A stretch of DNA of 24,000 nucleotides from Candidatus Omnitrophota bacterium (GCA_030691865.1 JAUYDL010000017.1:8312-32311); one strand, 5' to 3'; shown: positions 8,783-18,047, counted from the first letter of the stretch. Numbers and translations are program-made. The notes: generated from the letters alone by a model not told the origin.

Positions 8783-9893
8783 AATAATTTGTTTTCTAAC
8801 GGTAATTTTGTTAACCTTCTGCGGTCTGCAGGCAGAGGAGATTCTAGAAAAGGAGAATATGAAGAACAATGCGGCGGGTTTAGATAAGACAAATTTTGAT
8901 AATCCTTTTGGGGTTTTGGAATTTTTGCATTGGAATCATTCTTGGAATAATTATAAATATCCCGGTAATCGTGATTTGGAAAAGGCTATTTTCTTGATGC
9001 AGAGTGCGCAGGTTGGCTGGGTAAGATTAGATTTCCTGTGGGAAGATATCGAAGCGGCTGAGGGTAAATTTGACTTTGCTAAATATGACAATATCGTTGA
9101 GTTACTCAGGCATAAGGGAATCCATATCTTGGGTATTTTGCATTACAGTACAAATTGGGCTTCTTCCTGCGGAGAGTGGAATTGTCCTCCTAAAGATAAT
9201 AAAATATTTGTCAATTACGCAGGCAAAGTTATACAGCGCTATAAGGATCAGATTAAATACTGGGAGGTTTGGAATGAGCCGGATTCTGCTACCTACTGGA
9301 AACAGCAGGACAGCCTTAAGTCCTATTGCGTCCTATTAAAAGAAGTTTATCTGGCGGCTAAAAAAATTGATCCGGATTGTAAGATTTTAAATGGCGGTAT
9401 TGCCAATGGGCTGGCGAGCATCAATCATCTTTATGATAATGGAGCTAAAGATTATTTTGATATATTAAACCTGCATTTTTTCCAAAGCCCCTTATATGGC
9501 AAGAATGCCATCAAAGCTGTAGCCAGTTATCCTAAGCTCGCCTATAAAATAATGGTGCGTAATGGGGACGCCAACAAGAAAATCTGGATCACTGAAATTG
9601 GTTGTCCCGGGGTAAAGCTGGGATTAAAGGTGGATAATTGGTGGCTGGGCAAAAATCCTAATGAGCGCCAGCAAGCCCAATGGGTAAAAGACATATATAC
9701 TGAGCTATTAAAAAATCCCCAGGTGGAGAAAATTTTTTGGGCTTTTTTCCGCGATACCAAAGAACACTGGAATAATGGAATAGATTATTTTGGCTTGGTG
9801 CGTTGGGATTATTCGGCCAAATCTTCTTTTAAAGCCTACAAAGAGTGTTTCCAGGAGTGGAAAAAGAATAAAGCGGTAAAACTTAAGAAGTAA
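8775..9893 (+). CDS. secreted clan GH-A (TIM-barrel, GH5/GH39-like) glycoside hydrolase
   Basis: Signal peptide MNKIICFLTVILLTFCGLQA. The acid/base motif WEVWNEPD and the nucleophile motif WITEIG fit clan GH-A. The start is placed at ATG 8775, which overlaps the upstream stop as ATGAATAA. The longer track start at 8688 was rejected. Confidence 0.7.
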   Translation: MNKIICFLTVILLTFCGLQAEEILEKENMKNNAAGLDKTNFDNPFGVLEFLHWNHSWNNYKYPGNRDLEKAIFLMQSAQVGWVRLDFLWEDIEAAEGKFDFAKYDNIVELLRHKGIHILGILHYSTNWASSCGEWNCPPKDNKIFVNYAGKVIQRYKDQIKYWEVWNEPDSATYWKQQDSLKSYCVLLKEVYLAAKKIDPDCKILNGGIANGLASINHLYDNGAKDYFDILNLHFFQSPLYGKNAIKAVASYPKLAYKIMVRNGDANKKIWITEIGCPGVKLGLKVDNWWLGKNPNERQQAQWVKDIYTELLKNPQVEKIFWAFFRDTKEHWNNGIDYFGLVRWDYSAKSSFKAYKECFQEWKKNKAVKLKK

Positions 9894-9898
9894 ATAAG

Positions 9899-9979
9899 TG
9901 CGGGAGGAGGGAGTTGAACCCTCAAGGGTTACCCCACACGCTTCTGAGACGTGCGCGTCTGCCATTCCGCCACCCCCGC
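9899..9979 (-). tRNA. tRNA-Leu(CAG), type II with long variable arm
   Basis: The reverse complement folds as GCGGGGG-UG-GCG-GAAUGGCAGA-CGC-G-CACGU-CUCAGAA-GCGUG-UGGGGUAACCCUU-GAGGG-UUCAACU-CCCUC-CUCCCGC-A. The anticodon is CAG. No CCA is encoded. Confidence 0.9.
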
Positions 9980-9992
9980 AAAAATCATCCTA

Positions 9993-10021
9993 AGTATATC
10001 TTAGCCTCTCTATCATGTCAA
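9993..10021 (-). promoter_or_regulatory. sigma70-type promoter TTGACA-N17-TATACT for tRNA-Leu
   Basis: On the minus strand, TTGACA is at 10021-10016 and TATACT at 9998-9993, separated by a 17-nt spacer. The -10 element ends 13 nt upstream of the tRNA 5' end. Confidence 0.5.
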
Positions 10022-10035
10022 TTGGTTAAAAACAA

Positions 10036-10089
10036 GGGGACGGTTCTATTTTTTAAATTTAAAAAATAATAAAAAATAGAACCGTCCCC
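10036..10089. repeat. REP-like hairpin copy 3 (GGGGACGGTTCTA / TAGAACCGTCCCC, 28-nt A/T loop)
   Basis: 13-bp perfect inverted repeat sharing the GGGGACGGTTCT core with copies 1 and 2. It is intergenic, between tRNA-Leu and the AEC transporter gene. Confidence 0.65.
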
Positions 10090-10098
10090 ACGATTTTC

Positions 10099-10107
10099 TG
10101 TTATAAT
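10099..10107 (+). promoter_or_regulatory. extended -10 element TGTTATAAT upstream of the AEC transporter gene
   Basis: TGTTATAAT at 10099-10107, an AAGGAG SD at 10121-10126, and ATG at 10129. The identical 9-mer occurs upstream of the MBL gene at 22333. Confidence 0.4.
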
Positions 10108-10128
10108 AGCTATTCAAATTAAGGAGAA

Positions 10129-11088
10129 ATGATGTTTTTAGAGCAATTCAAAATTACCGGCCTGGCGATGGCCCAGATATTTCTTCTGGGTGGTTTGGGC
10201 TATATTCTAGTTAAGAGAAACATACTTTCTGGCGAAGGCCTGGATGCTTTAAGCCGCCTGGTTATTCAGATCATCTTTCCGGCTTTAATTTTCGCCCAGA
10301 TGCTCAAGAACTTCAGCTTTAATCTTTATCCTAGCTGGTGGATTTTTCCGTTACTTAGCCTGGCGATTACAGTTATGGGTTTAATCGTAGGATGGGGCCT
10401 GCTTAAATTGTCAGGACTAAAGACAAATAAGTTGCAGTTTTTAAGTTTAGTGGCTTTTCAGAATTCAGGGTATCTTCCTCTGGCTATGGCTGCGGCGATA
10501 TTTACGGGCCAGCAGGCTAATGATATTTTTATTTTTATTTTCTTGTTCCTGTTGGGGTTTGATCTGGTGGCCTGGTCATTAGGTATTTATATGCTTACTT
10601 ATGAAAAACAAATTAAATTTAAGCTGCAGAGTCTCTTTAGCACGCCGGTAATCGCAAATTTAACTAGCCTGGCGTTAATCGCGCTGGGTTTAAATAAGTT
10701 TATCCCCGATATTTTATTTAAACCTTTATCTATGATGGGTAACTGTACTTTACCTTTAGCGATGTTAGTAGTCGGAGGCAATGTTGCTTTAGTGCGCCTG
10801 AAAAATATCGACAGGAAAGTAACTTTTATATTTTTGTTAGGGAAATTAATTATTCTGCCGGTATTAGGTATAGTGATCGTGTTGAAACTTGCGCTGCCGC
10901 ATTTATTGGGATTTTTGATTGTGATGCAGCTGGCCATGCCTTCGGCAACTTCTTTATCCGTAATTATCCGCCGTTTTAACAGACAGGATGCTTTAATCAG
11001 CCAGGGGGTATTTTTTAGCCACATCATCGGCTTGTTTACCATACCCTTATTTTTAAGTTTATATTTATTCCTGGTTATGCTAAAATGA
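10129..11088 (+). CDS. AEC (auxin efflux carrier) family membrane transporter
   Basis: 319 aa ORF with about 10 predicted TM helices. The two-halves architecture and sequence character fit the Mem_trans/AEC family. Confidence 0.75.
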   Translation: MMFLEQFKITGLAMAQIFLLGGLGYILVKRNILSGEGLDALSRLVIQIIFPALIFAQMLKNFSFNLYPSWWIFPLLSLAITVMGLIVGWGLLKLSGLKTNKLQFLSLVAFQNSGYLPLAMAAAIFTGQQANDIFIFIFLFLLGFDLVAWSLGIYMLTYEKQIKFKLQSLFSTPVIANLTSLALIALGLNKFIPDILFKPLSMMGNCTLPLAMLVVGGNVALVRLKNIDRKVTFIFLLGKLIILPVLGIVIVLKLALPHLLGFLIVMQLAMPSATSLSVIIRRFNRQDALISQGVFFSHIIGLFTIPLFLSLYLFLVMLK

Positions 11089-11540
11089 GTAATATTATCG
11101 CCACTAATCGTAAGGCGCACAGGGATTATGAAGTCCTGGAGTCTTTAGAGTGCGGTATTGAATTAAAAGGCTCGGAAGTAAAATCTTTACGCGCCGCTAA
11201 GATTAATTTAAATGATAGTTTTGCCCGTTTTGAGGGTCCCGAGATCTTTTTATATAACGCGCATATCAGCCGTTACGCGCAAGCCAGTTATTTAAACGTT
11301 GATCCGGACAGGCATCGTAAGCTCCTTTTACATAAGAAGCAGATTGAAAGAATAAATGGTAAGCTTACCCAAAAAGGCCTAACCTTAATTCCGTTAAAGA
11401 TTTATTTTAATGACCGGGGTTTTGCAAAAATAGAGCTTGCGCTTTGTAAAGGTAAAAAACTTTACGATAAGCGGGAAAGTGTCAAGCGCAGGGAAACTGA
11501 TAAACAGCTGCGCCGGATAATAAAGAATAGAAGAGGGTAA
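11085..11540 (+). CDS. smpB: SsrA-binding protein SmpB
   Basis: 151 aa ORF with NRKAHRDYEVLE..., GIELKGSEVKSLR and a basic C-terminal tail. It lies directly upstream of tmRNA. Confidence 0.9.
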   Translation: MSNIIATNRKAHRDYEVLESLECGIELKGSEVKSLRAAKINLNDSFARFEGPEIFLYNAHISRYAQASYLNVDPDRHRKLLLHKKQIERINGKLTQKGLTLIPLKIYFNDRGFAKIELALCKGKKLYDKRESVKRRETDKQLRRIIKNRRG

Positions 11541-11572
11541 TTGTTTTTTAAAATATTGTTATTTGAAAATTT

Positions 11573-11978
11573 GGGGGTGAAAGGGTTCGACTTAAGATAT
11601 GTCGGATAAGAGCAGCATGCCGCGGATGTAAGGTTAGCCGCGTTAACAACCCTTACACAATTTAAACGCAAACACGCAAGTGTCACGTTTAGGAACATTA
11701 GTTGCGCCGTCTTTTGCGGCTAGACCAATGTTCGTACCAGCCTTCGGACTTAATTAAGTCCGAAGCCCCTAACTGTCCTGCCTACGGGATAGATTAGGGC
11801 ACTAGTAGGATAGTCCCGGCGGTTAACCTTCCAAACCGGGGCGAAATCGAAAAGGCTGCGCTTTGCAAATCCTGCCGGGTAGGAGTTGCAGGGCTAAGAA
11901 TAAATTACCAGGCTAAGCATGTAGCGGCTTTTATGCGATTACTTAAGGACTCCGGTCCAATTCCGGACACCTCCACCA
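11573..11978 (+). ncRNA. ssrA: tmRNA (SsrA)
   Basis: The 5' end GGGGGUGAAAGGGUUCGAC and the 3' end GGACUCCGGUCCAAUUCCGGACACCUCCACCA form a tRNA-Ala-like acceptor with a G3.U70 pair and an encoded CCA. The conserved GCAUGCCG block is present. The candidate tag ORF at 11668-11724 reads GCA AAC ACG ... GCG GCU UAG = ANTQVSRLGTLVAPSFAA. Confidence 0.9.
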
Positions 11979-11999
11979 ATCCTGTGCTGCGCACAGGAT
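11979..11999 (+). terminator. short hairpin after tmRNA (ATCCTGTGC-tgc-GCACAGGAT)
   Basis: A 9-bp stem immediately after the CCA end. The T-tract is weak (ttt), so function as an intrinsic terminator is uncertain. Confidence 0.4.
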
Positions 12000-12033
12000 T
12001 TGCTGGATAAAAGCTTATTGTGCTCAAATTTTT

Positions 12034-13122
12034 ATGAAGATTAATAAATATCTAAAAACATTTCTTGTTTGTATCAGCCTGGTTATTTTAATCTCCGGCT
12101 GCGCCACCATCCCCACCGGTGAGAATATCGCTGCTTATTCCATTGGCGGGGTAACTTATTATCCTTTGGTTACCCTATGTGATTTACGCGGGGTCCAGAT
12201 GCAGTATGATGCGCTCTTGCGTACTGCTTATTTAAGTAAAGATGCACAACACGTGAGTTTAAGGGTAGGGGATGTTTTGGTGCTGGTAAATGATAATGTC
12301 AGGCATTTAAATTTTCCGATCGATGTTTATCAAGGCACAATTGCGGTGCCCCGGCAATTCAAAGAACAGGTCTTTGATGTATTGTTTAGACAGGTCGTTT
12401 TAGTTGGCCGCCGAGCGGGTAAAATAAAATTACACAAGGTAGTTATTGATGCCGGCCATGGAGGCAATGATCCCGGAGCTATAGGCAGAAATGGCTTAAA
12501 GGAAAAGGATGTAAATTTAGATATTGCCAAAAGATTAAGCAGTTTTTTAAGGGTAGAAGGGGTGCAGGTTGTGCTTACCCGCTCAACGGATAAATTTGTT
12601 TCTCTTTCTACGCGGGTCAGTATCGCCAACCGCTCCGGAGCAGATTTATTTATCAGCATTCATTCTAATGCTAACCGTTCGCGTTCTTTATGCGGCTTTG
12701 AAGTCTATTATCTTGCTCCCAGCGTAAGTGATTCTAAACGCGCTGTTCTTACGGCCAGGAGCGCTTCTTTGAATTTAAAGGACACTGTTTTTTCCAGCGA
12801 TACTCAGGATTTAAAGGCGATTGTTTGGGATATGATTTATGCCAACAGCCGGGCAGAGTCAATCGAGCTATCGCGTTCTTTATGTAAAGTTATGGGCGCT
12901 AGCATTGACGCTAATATCCTGGGAGTTAAGAATGCCCGTTTTCAGGTGTTAAAGGGAATTACTATGCCGGGGATATTGACTGAAGTAGGTTTTGTTTCCA
13001 ATTTGAATGAGGAAAGGTTATTAAAGACCGCCAGCTACAGGGAAAAGTTAGCTGCCGGTATATTAGAAGGGATCAGGGATTATTCGCAGGATATGGCATT
13101 AGTAGAGGTAGCCTTAAGATGA
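12034..13122 (+). CDS. N-acetylmuramoyl-L-alanine amidase (Amidase_3, AmiC-like) lipoprotein
   Basis: Lipoprotein signal with LISGC. The Amidase_3 motifs VVIDAGHGGNDPGA, LFISIHSNA and the ILTEVGFVSN region are present. Confidence 0.85.
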   Translation: MKINKYLKTFLVCISLVILISGCATIPTGENIAAYSIGGVTYYPLVTLCDLRGVQMQYDALLRTAYLSKDAQHVSLRVGDVLVLVNDNVRHLNFPIDVYQGTIAVPRQFKEQVFDVLFRQVVLVGRRAGKIKLHKVVIDAGHGGNDPGAIGRNGLKEKDVNLDIAKRLSSFLRVEGVQVVLTRSTDKFVSLSTRVSIANRSGADLFISIHSNANRSRSLCGFEVYYLAPSVSDSKRAVLTARSASLNLKDTVFSSDTQDLKAIVWDMIYANSRAESIELSRSLCKVMGASIDANILGVKNARFQVLKGITMPGILTEVGFVSNLNEERLLKTASYREKLAAGILEGIRDYSQDMALVEVALR

Positions 13123-13910
13123 GCGCAATCGGTGTTTTTGATTCTGGCGTAGGCGGGCTTACGGTAGCTAGAGAGATAATTCGTCAACTACCTGATGAAA
13201 ACATAGTTTATTTCGGCGACACTGCCCGTGTCCCTTACGGGATTAAGTCGCCCCAGACCGTAATCCGTTTTTCTATTGAGAATATTCTGTTCTTATTAAA
13301 GCACGATGTTAAGCTGATCTGTGTGGCTTGTAACACCGCATCCAGTCTTGCCCTTCCGGTGATCAGGAATAATTTCCGCGTACCGATCATCGGTGTAATT
13401 ACTCCCGGGGCGAAAGAAGCAGTTTATGCCTCGCAGAATAAGCGTATCGGAGTAATCGGGACCAAGGGAACGATTAAAAGCCGGACATATGAAAGAGAAA
13501 TTAAGCAGCTTGATCCTAAGGTTAAGGTAACGGCTGCAGCCTGTCCTTTATTTGTTCCTTTTGTCGAAGAAGGGTGGCTTTCCGGAGAGGTTGTTTTAAG
13601 CGTAGCCAGGAAATATTTAAAACCGCTTCGCCAGGCCGGTGTAGATACGGTAATTTTAGGCTGCACGCATTATCCTCTGCTTAAACCGGTAATTCAGGAG
13701 GTTCTTGGTAAGGGAGTCATTTTAATTGATTCTGCCAAGCAGGTAGCTTTTGAAATAAAAAAGATCCTGGCTAGTGAAGATCTGCTTAACCGCGGTAAAG
13801 GCGGCAGACATAAGTTTTATGTCAGCGATAATCCTGAGTGGTTTAGTTCGCTGGCGCAAAGATTTATGGGTAAAAAATTAATGAATGTAAGGAAGGTAGA
13901 CAATGTATAG
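13119..13910 (+). CDS. murI: glutamate racemase
   Basis: IGVFDSGVGGLTV, the catalytic Cys contexts VACNTAS and LGCTHYP. Confidence 0.9.
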   Translation: MSAIGVFDSGVGGLTVAREIIRQLPDENIVYFGDTARVPYGIKSPQTVIRFSIENILFLLKHDVKLICVACNTASSLALPVIRNNFRVPIIGVITPGAKEAVYASQNKRIGVIGTKGTIKSRTYEREIKQLDPKVKVTAAACPLFVPFVEEGWLSGEVVLSVARKYLKPLRQAGVDTVILGCTHYPLLKPVIQEVLGKGVILIDSAKQVAFEIKKILASEDLLNRGKGGRHKFYVSDNPEWFSSLAQRFMGKKLMNVRKVDNV

Positions 13911-14289
13911 TTTAAAAGTGCAAGGCACTTTCAGCTCTGCGCATAATCTAAGAGGTTATAAAGGCAAATGTGAAGATCTACATGGCCATAATTGGTTGGT
14001 GGAAATACTGATTAAATCCGCACAACTCGATGATATCGGTATGGTTTTAGATTTTAAATACCTAAAGAAAAAATTAAACGCTACTTTAGAGCAGATGGAT
14101 CATAAATATCTTAATCGCATCCCGTATTTTTCCGCCGCAGGCGGATCTGCCTCCGGCGGGAAAAAAGTAAATCCCACCTCTGAGAATATCGCCAAATATA
14201 TCTATAAAAAACTTAAACCCCAGATTCCTTTGCTTAACTGTGTAACGGTTTGGGAAAACAGCACCAGCAGCGCTAATTATGAAGAGTAA
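13903..14289 (+). CDS. queD: 6-carboxy-5,6,7,8-tetrahydropterin synthase
   Basis: FSSAHNLRGYKGKCEDLHGHNW and NPTSENIAKYI are typical QueD/PTPS motifs. The gene carries an extra Gly/Ala/Ser-rich loop, described in the findings. Confidence 0.85.
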   Translation: MYSLKVQGTFSSAHNLRGYKGKCEDLHGHNWLVEILIKSAQLDDIGMVLDFKYLKKKLNATLEQMDHKYLNRIPYFSAAGGSASGGKKVNPTSENIAKYIYKKLKPQIPLLNCVTVWENSTSSANYEE

Positions 14290-14941
14290 AATTTCTAAGA
14301 CTGCGGTAGTGCTTTTATCCGGGGGACTGGATTCGGCTACAGTTTTGTATTTCGCTCAAGCTCTTGGGTTTAAATGCCAGGCTTTGATTTTCGACTATGG
14401 CCAGAGGCATAAGCAAGAGGTAGCTTGCGCTGTAAAGATTGCTAAGGCTAGCGGCTGTGCTTATAGAATTCTAAAAATAGATTTTCCCTGGAAAGGGTCT
14501 GCGCTCTTAGACAAAAAAATAAAAGTTCCTAAAGAAATTGCTCCAGGCGTTCCGGCTACTTACGTACCGGCGCGCAATATTATATTTTTAAGCTTTGCTT
14601 TGTCACTGGCAGAAGTAATTAAGGCCCAGGCGATTTTTATCGGGGCGCATGCTCAGGATTATTCGGGTTATCCTGATTGCCGCCCGGAGTTTTTTAAGGC
14701 CTTTGTTAAAATGGCCAAGGTTGGGATTGCCGCTAAACATAGAATCCAGATCCTGACTCCGTTATTAAATAAGAACAAATCGCAAATCATCAGCCTGGGC
14801 CGTGAGCTTGGTGTGTCTTTTAATTTAACCTGGTCATGTTATCGGTCAGGTAAACAGCCTTGCGGAAAATGCGATAGCTGCTATTATCGCGCTAAAGGTT
14901 TTAAAGAGGCGGGTCTGATTGATCCGTTAGTAAAAAGATGA
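14279..14941 (+). CDS. queC: 7-cyano-7-deazaguanine synthase
   Basis: The PP-loop VVLLSGGLDS and the C-terminal zinc cluster CGKCDSC match QueC. Confidence 0.9.
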   Translation: MKSKISKTAVVLLSGGLDSATVLYFAQALGFKCQALIFDYGQRHKQEVACAVKIAKASGCAYRILKIDFPWKGSALLDKKIKVPKEIAPGVPATYVPARNIIFLSFALSLAEVIKAQAIFIGAHAQDYSGYPDCRPEFFKAFVKMAKVGIAAKHRIQILTPLLNKNKSQIISLGRELGVSFNLTWSCYRSGKQPCGKCDSCYYRAKGFKEAGLIDPLVKR

Positions 14942-15609
14942 AGGCAAGAATTGCTGAAGTGTTTGCTAGCGTGCAGGGTGAAGGCCTTTATTTGGGGGAG
15001 AAGCAGATCTTTGTGCGTTTTTTTGACTGTAATTTAAGCTGCACTTACTGCGATACTAAACTTGACCGGTTTACGGAGTATGAACCTAAAGAGCTTTTTG
15101 AGGAGATCAAACTTTACCGCGATAAGTACCACTCGATTTCTTTTACCGGAGGAGAGCCGCTTTTATACACAAATTTTTTAAAAGAGATACTCAAACTTAC
15201 TTCCGGAGGAGGCTATAAGCATTATCTGGAAACAAATGGTACTTTATTTTCTGAGTTAAAGCAGCTTATTGACCGGATCGATATTATCGCTATGGATTTA
15301 AAGTTTCCCAGCTCAACCGGGATGGGAAATCTCTGGCAGCTGCATCGAAAGTTTTTAAAGATTGCCGCCAGAAAAGAAGTATTCCTTAAAGCAATTATCT
15401 GTCAGGCAACGTATGAGGATGATTTAAAGGAGGCGCTGGCGATTATTAAGGAAATAAGCCCCGCCAGTGTTTTAGTTTTACAGCCAAACAGCTATGAGAA
15501 TCAATCGGTTCTGCATGAAAAGTTATTAAATTTTAAGGAGATAGCTATTCAACAGGGGGTTACGACTTGTATTATCCCTCAGATTCACAAAATAATGGGG
15601 TTGAGATAG
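14938..15609 (+). CDS. queE: 7-carboxy-7-deazaguanine synthase (radical SAM)
   Basis: FASVQGEG and the radical SAM cluster CNLSCTYCD fit QueE. The gene sits between queC and queF. Confidence 0.85.
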   Translation: MKARIAEVFASVQGEGLYLGEKQIFVRFFDCNLSCTYCDTKLDRFTEYEPKELFEEIKLYRDKYHSISFTGGEPLLYTNFLKEILKLTSGGGYKHYLETNGTLFSELKQLIDRIDIIAMDLKFPSSTGMGNLWQLHRKFLKIAARKEVFLKAIICQATYEDDLKEALAIIKEISPASVLVLQPNSYENQSVLHEKLLNFKEIAIQQGVTTCIIPQIHKIMGLR

Positions 15610-16002
15610 ATGAAGAGATCTGATTATGAAGGTTTGCAGGAAAATGTCCGGAAATTAAAAACTCCGGAAATTGAGGTCTGGCAAAACCAATATGCCGATA
15701 AGATCTATTCAATTAATCTGGATATTCCGGAGTTTACCTGTATCTGCCCAAAGACCGGCTTGCCGGATTTTGCAATTATTCGTATAGAATATTCTCCGGC
15801 TAAGTTTTGCGTGGAATTAAAATCTTTTAAGATGTATACCATATCTTTTCGTAATGTGGGAATTTTTCATGAGCATTTAATCAATAAGATGCTGGAAGAT
15901 TTCCTGAGTTCAGTCAAGCCGCGCTGGGTAAAGATTAGCGGAATTTTTAATCCCCGCGGAGGCATTACTACTACTGTATCAGCGGAGTATAAAAGCAGAT
16001 GA
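15610..16002 (+). CDS. queF: NADPH-dependent 7-cyano-7-deazaguanine reductase (type I)
   Basis: The catalytic Cys context FTCICPKTGLPDF and the E(S/L)K(S/A)hK-like motif CVELKSFKMY are present. The length of 130 aa is typical of unimodular QueF. Confidence 0.85.
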   Translation: MKRSDYEGLQENVRKLKTPEIEVWQNQYADKIYSINLDIPEFTCICPKTGLPDFAIIRIEYSPAKFCVELKSFKMYTISFRNVGIFHEHLINKMLEDFLSSVKPRWVKISGIFNPRGGITTTVSAEYKSR

Positions 16003-16820
16003 GAGAGTTAAAAGCAGAAAAAATAACCCAGGCGGTTATGGAATTAGTAAAGCGCGCTAATTTTTCGCTTGGCCGGGATGTTTTGTTTGCTCTGCGTAAG
16101 GCTTATCGAACTGAAAAAAACAGGCGGGCAAAAACTATTCTTAAGGCGATACTGGATAATGCTGCTTATGCGCAAAAAGAAAATCTGGCTATCTGTCAGG
16201 ATACAGGCATGCCGGTAGTATTTGTGCAGGTAGGCCAGGATTTGAAAATAGCCGGAAATCTAAAAGCCGCGATCAATAAAGGCATAGAAGCCGGGTATAA
16301 AAAATATTCCTTAAGAAATTCTATTTGTGCGGATCCTTTGCTTAGAGGTAAATCCGGATTTTCTCCCTGTATCATGCATATGGATATCGTTTCAGGGGAT
16401 AAAATAGAATTAACCCTTCTGCCAAAAGGTTTTGGCTGTGAAAACAAATCACAACTGAAAATGTTTAAGCCGACTTCCGGCATAGAAGAGATTAAGCAGT
16501 TTATTATTGAAGTAGTAAAGAATGCCGGGCCTGATGCCTGTCCGCCGTATGTTATCGGAGTAGGTATCGGCGGAACAGCAGATTATGCAAGCATTATGGC
16601 CAAGAAAGCTTTGTTGACTAAGCTGTCAGCTAAACATTCAAGGCTAGAAGAAGATTTATTAAAGCAAATAAATAAAACCGGAATCGGCCCCATGGGCTTA
16701 GGCGGTAAAACTACGGCACTGGCCTTAAACATTCTAACCTATCCGACGCATATTGCCGGGCTGCCGGTTAGCGTAAATATCAGCTGTCATGCCTTAAGGA
16801 GCGCTGGAATAGTTTTATGA
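15999..16820 (+). CDS. class I (Fe-S) fumarate hydratase / L(+)-tartrate dehydratase family, alpha subunit
   Basis: AICQDTGMPVVFV, GFGCENKS and PPYVIGVGIGGTAD are typical of the Fe-S hydro-lyase alpha subunit. It overlaps the beta subunit gene. Confidence 0.8.
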   Translation: MRELKAEKITQAVMELVKRANFSLGRDVLFALRKAYRTEKNRRAKTILKAILDNAAYAQKENLAICQDTGMPVVFVQVGQDLKIAGNLKAAINKGIEAGYKKYSLRNSICADPLLRGKSGFSPCIMHMDIVSGDKIELTLLPKGFGCENKSQLKMFKPTSGIEEIKQFIIEVVKNAGPDACPPYVIGVGIGGTADYASIMAKKALLTKLSAKHSRLEEDLLKQINKTGIGPMGLGGKTTALALNILTYPTHIAGLPVSVNISCHALRSAGIVL

Positions 16821-17344
16821 AAAGAATAAACACTCCATTAGATTTAAATAAAATTAAATCCTTAAAAGCAGGCCAGGAGGTTCTTTTAAGCGGCTCGATC
16901 TATACTGCCCGGGATCAGGCGCATAAGAGGTTAGTCCGGGCGATTAAGTCGCGCAAAGCCTTGCCTTTTGAACTTAAGGATGCGGTTATTTATTATTGCG
17001 GCCCCACGCAAACTCCTAAGGGTAAAGTAATCGGCTCCTGCGGCCCTACTACCAGCTCGCGTATGGATGCATTCGCTGGCTTTATCCTGGCCAAAGGTTT
17101 AAGGGGGATGATTGGCAAGGGCAGCCGCGGGCTTGGAGTAAAGGAAGCAATTAAGAAATATAAAGGGATTTATTTTATTACTTATGCCGGATGCGGAGCC
17201 CTTTTAAGTAAATATGTCAAGAGCGCTAAAAAAGTTGCTTATGGCGATCTGGGCCCGGAGGCAATCTTGAAATTGGAAGTAGAAAATTTTCCTTTGATTG
17301 TAGCAATTGATGTTAATGGAGGGAGTGTTTATGGTCAGGATTGA
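16817..17344 (+). CDS. class I fumarate hydratase family, beta subunit
   Basis: The 175 aa ORF with [20 protein letters not shown] and GPTTSSRMD fits the Fe-S hydro-lyase beta subunit. Confidence 0.8.
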   Translation: MKRINTPLDLNKIKSLKAGQEVLLSGSIYTARDQAHKRLVRAIKSRKALPFELKDAVIYYCGPTQTPKGKVIGSCGPTTSSRMDAFAGFILAKGLRGMIGKGSRGLGVKEAIKKYKGIYFITYAGCGALLSKYVKSAKKVAYGDLGPEAILKLEVENFPLIVAIDVNGGSVYGQD

Positions 17345-18047
17345 TGGACGCGGCAATGATAAAATCAGAAAAGTTACAATCACCAGGAATTATATTAAAT
17401 ACCCCGAAGGGTCCTGCCTGATTGAGTTAGGCAATACCAAGGTAATTTGCACTGCTTCGGTTGAAGAGACTGTCCCGCCGTTTTTAAGAAATTCAGGCAC
17501 AGGTTGGGTTACTGCTGAGTATGGCATGCTTCCCCGCTCATGCGGAACGCGTATTCCCAGAGGCAAGGATTCCGGGCGCACTTATGAGATTCAGCGCCTA
17601 ATCGGCAGGTCCCTTAGGTCAGTTATTGATATGAAGCAGATAGGTGAACGCACGATTTGGATGGATTGTGATGTTATTCAGGGCGACGGAGGCACGCGCA
17701 CAGCTGCAATCACCGGAAGTTTTGTGGCTCTGATTGATGCTTTGCAGAAGCTTAAAAAAGACGGCAAGATCAATAAGGTTCCCATTCAGGAGTATATCGC
17801 TGCTACCAGCGTAGGTATTTTGAATGATACGATGATTTTAGATTTGTGTTATGAGGAGGATTCTAAAGCCGAAGTTGATATGAATGTGATTATGACCGGA
17901 GCAGGGGAATTTATTGAGATTCAAGGTACGGCGGAGCGCAAACCTTTTACTAAAGATAAAATGGATACGATGCTGGATTTAGCCAAAAAAGGGATCCAAG
18001 AGCTTTTTGCTATCCAAAGAAAATTGGTCGGGGATATATTGTTATAA
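17331..18047 (+). CDS. rph: ribonuclease PH
   Basis: MVRIDGR..., [27 protein letters not shown] and [18 protein letters not shown] match RNase PH. The start is placed at ATG 17331 behind a GGAGGG SD. Confidence 0.9.
   Translation: MVRIDGRGNDKIRKVTITRNYIKYPEGSCLIELGNTKVICTASVEETVPPFLRNSGTGWVTAEYGMLPRSCGTRIPRGKDSGRTYEIQRLIGRSLRSVIDMKQIGERTIWMDCDVIQGDGGTRTAAITGSFVALIDALQKLKKDGKINKVPIQEYIAATSVGILNDTMILDLCYEEDSKAEVDMNVIMTGAGEFIEIQGTAERKPFTKDKMDTMLDLAKKGIQELFAIQRKLVGDILL

Noticed and set aside
9708-9965. 85-aa minus-strand ORF
   Set aside because: It spans the tRNA-Leu gene and the antisense of the hydrolase 3' end, so it is not coding.
10599-11120. 173-aa minus-strand ORF
   Set aside because: It is antisense to the AEC transporter gene, and its Lys/Ile/Asn-rich composition mirrors the sense membrane protein. 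The same reasoning applies to the other antisense track ORFs at 1555-1752, 4093-4356, 4103-4312, 5785-6030, 6057-6251, 7575-7769, 8666-8869, 9070-9339, 9542-9760, 12330-12659, 13424-13666, 16196-16483, 17390-17581, 23211-23399, 23603-23803 and 23703-23933.
11462-11698. 78-aa minus-strand ORF
   Set aside because: It overlaps the smpB 3' end and the tmRNA gene, and is an artefact of the structured RNA.
16541-16574. TCCGCC...GGCGGA inverted repeat resembling the CCGCC/GGCGG hairpin family
   Set aside because: It falls on the conserved PPYVIGVGIGGT motif of fumarate hydratase (Pro-Pro and Gly-Gly codons), with a 22-nt loop. It is explained by coding constraints, not by an inserted element.
17307-17330. 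Longer start for rph (MMLMEGVF...)
   Set aside because: RNase PH homologues begin at M-(x)-R-x-D-G-R, and a GGAGGG SD precedes ATG 17331. The extension overlaps the fumarate hydratase beta subunit.
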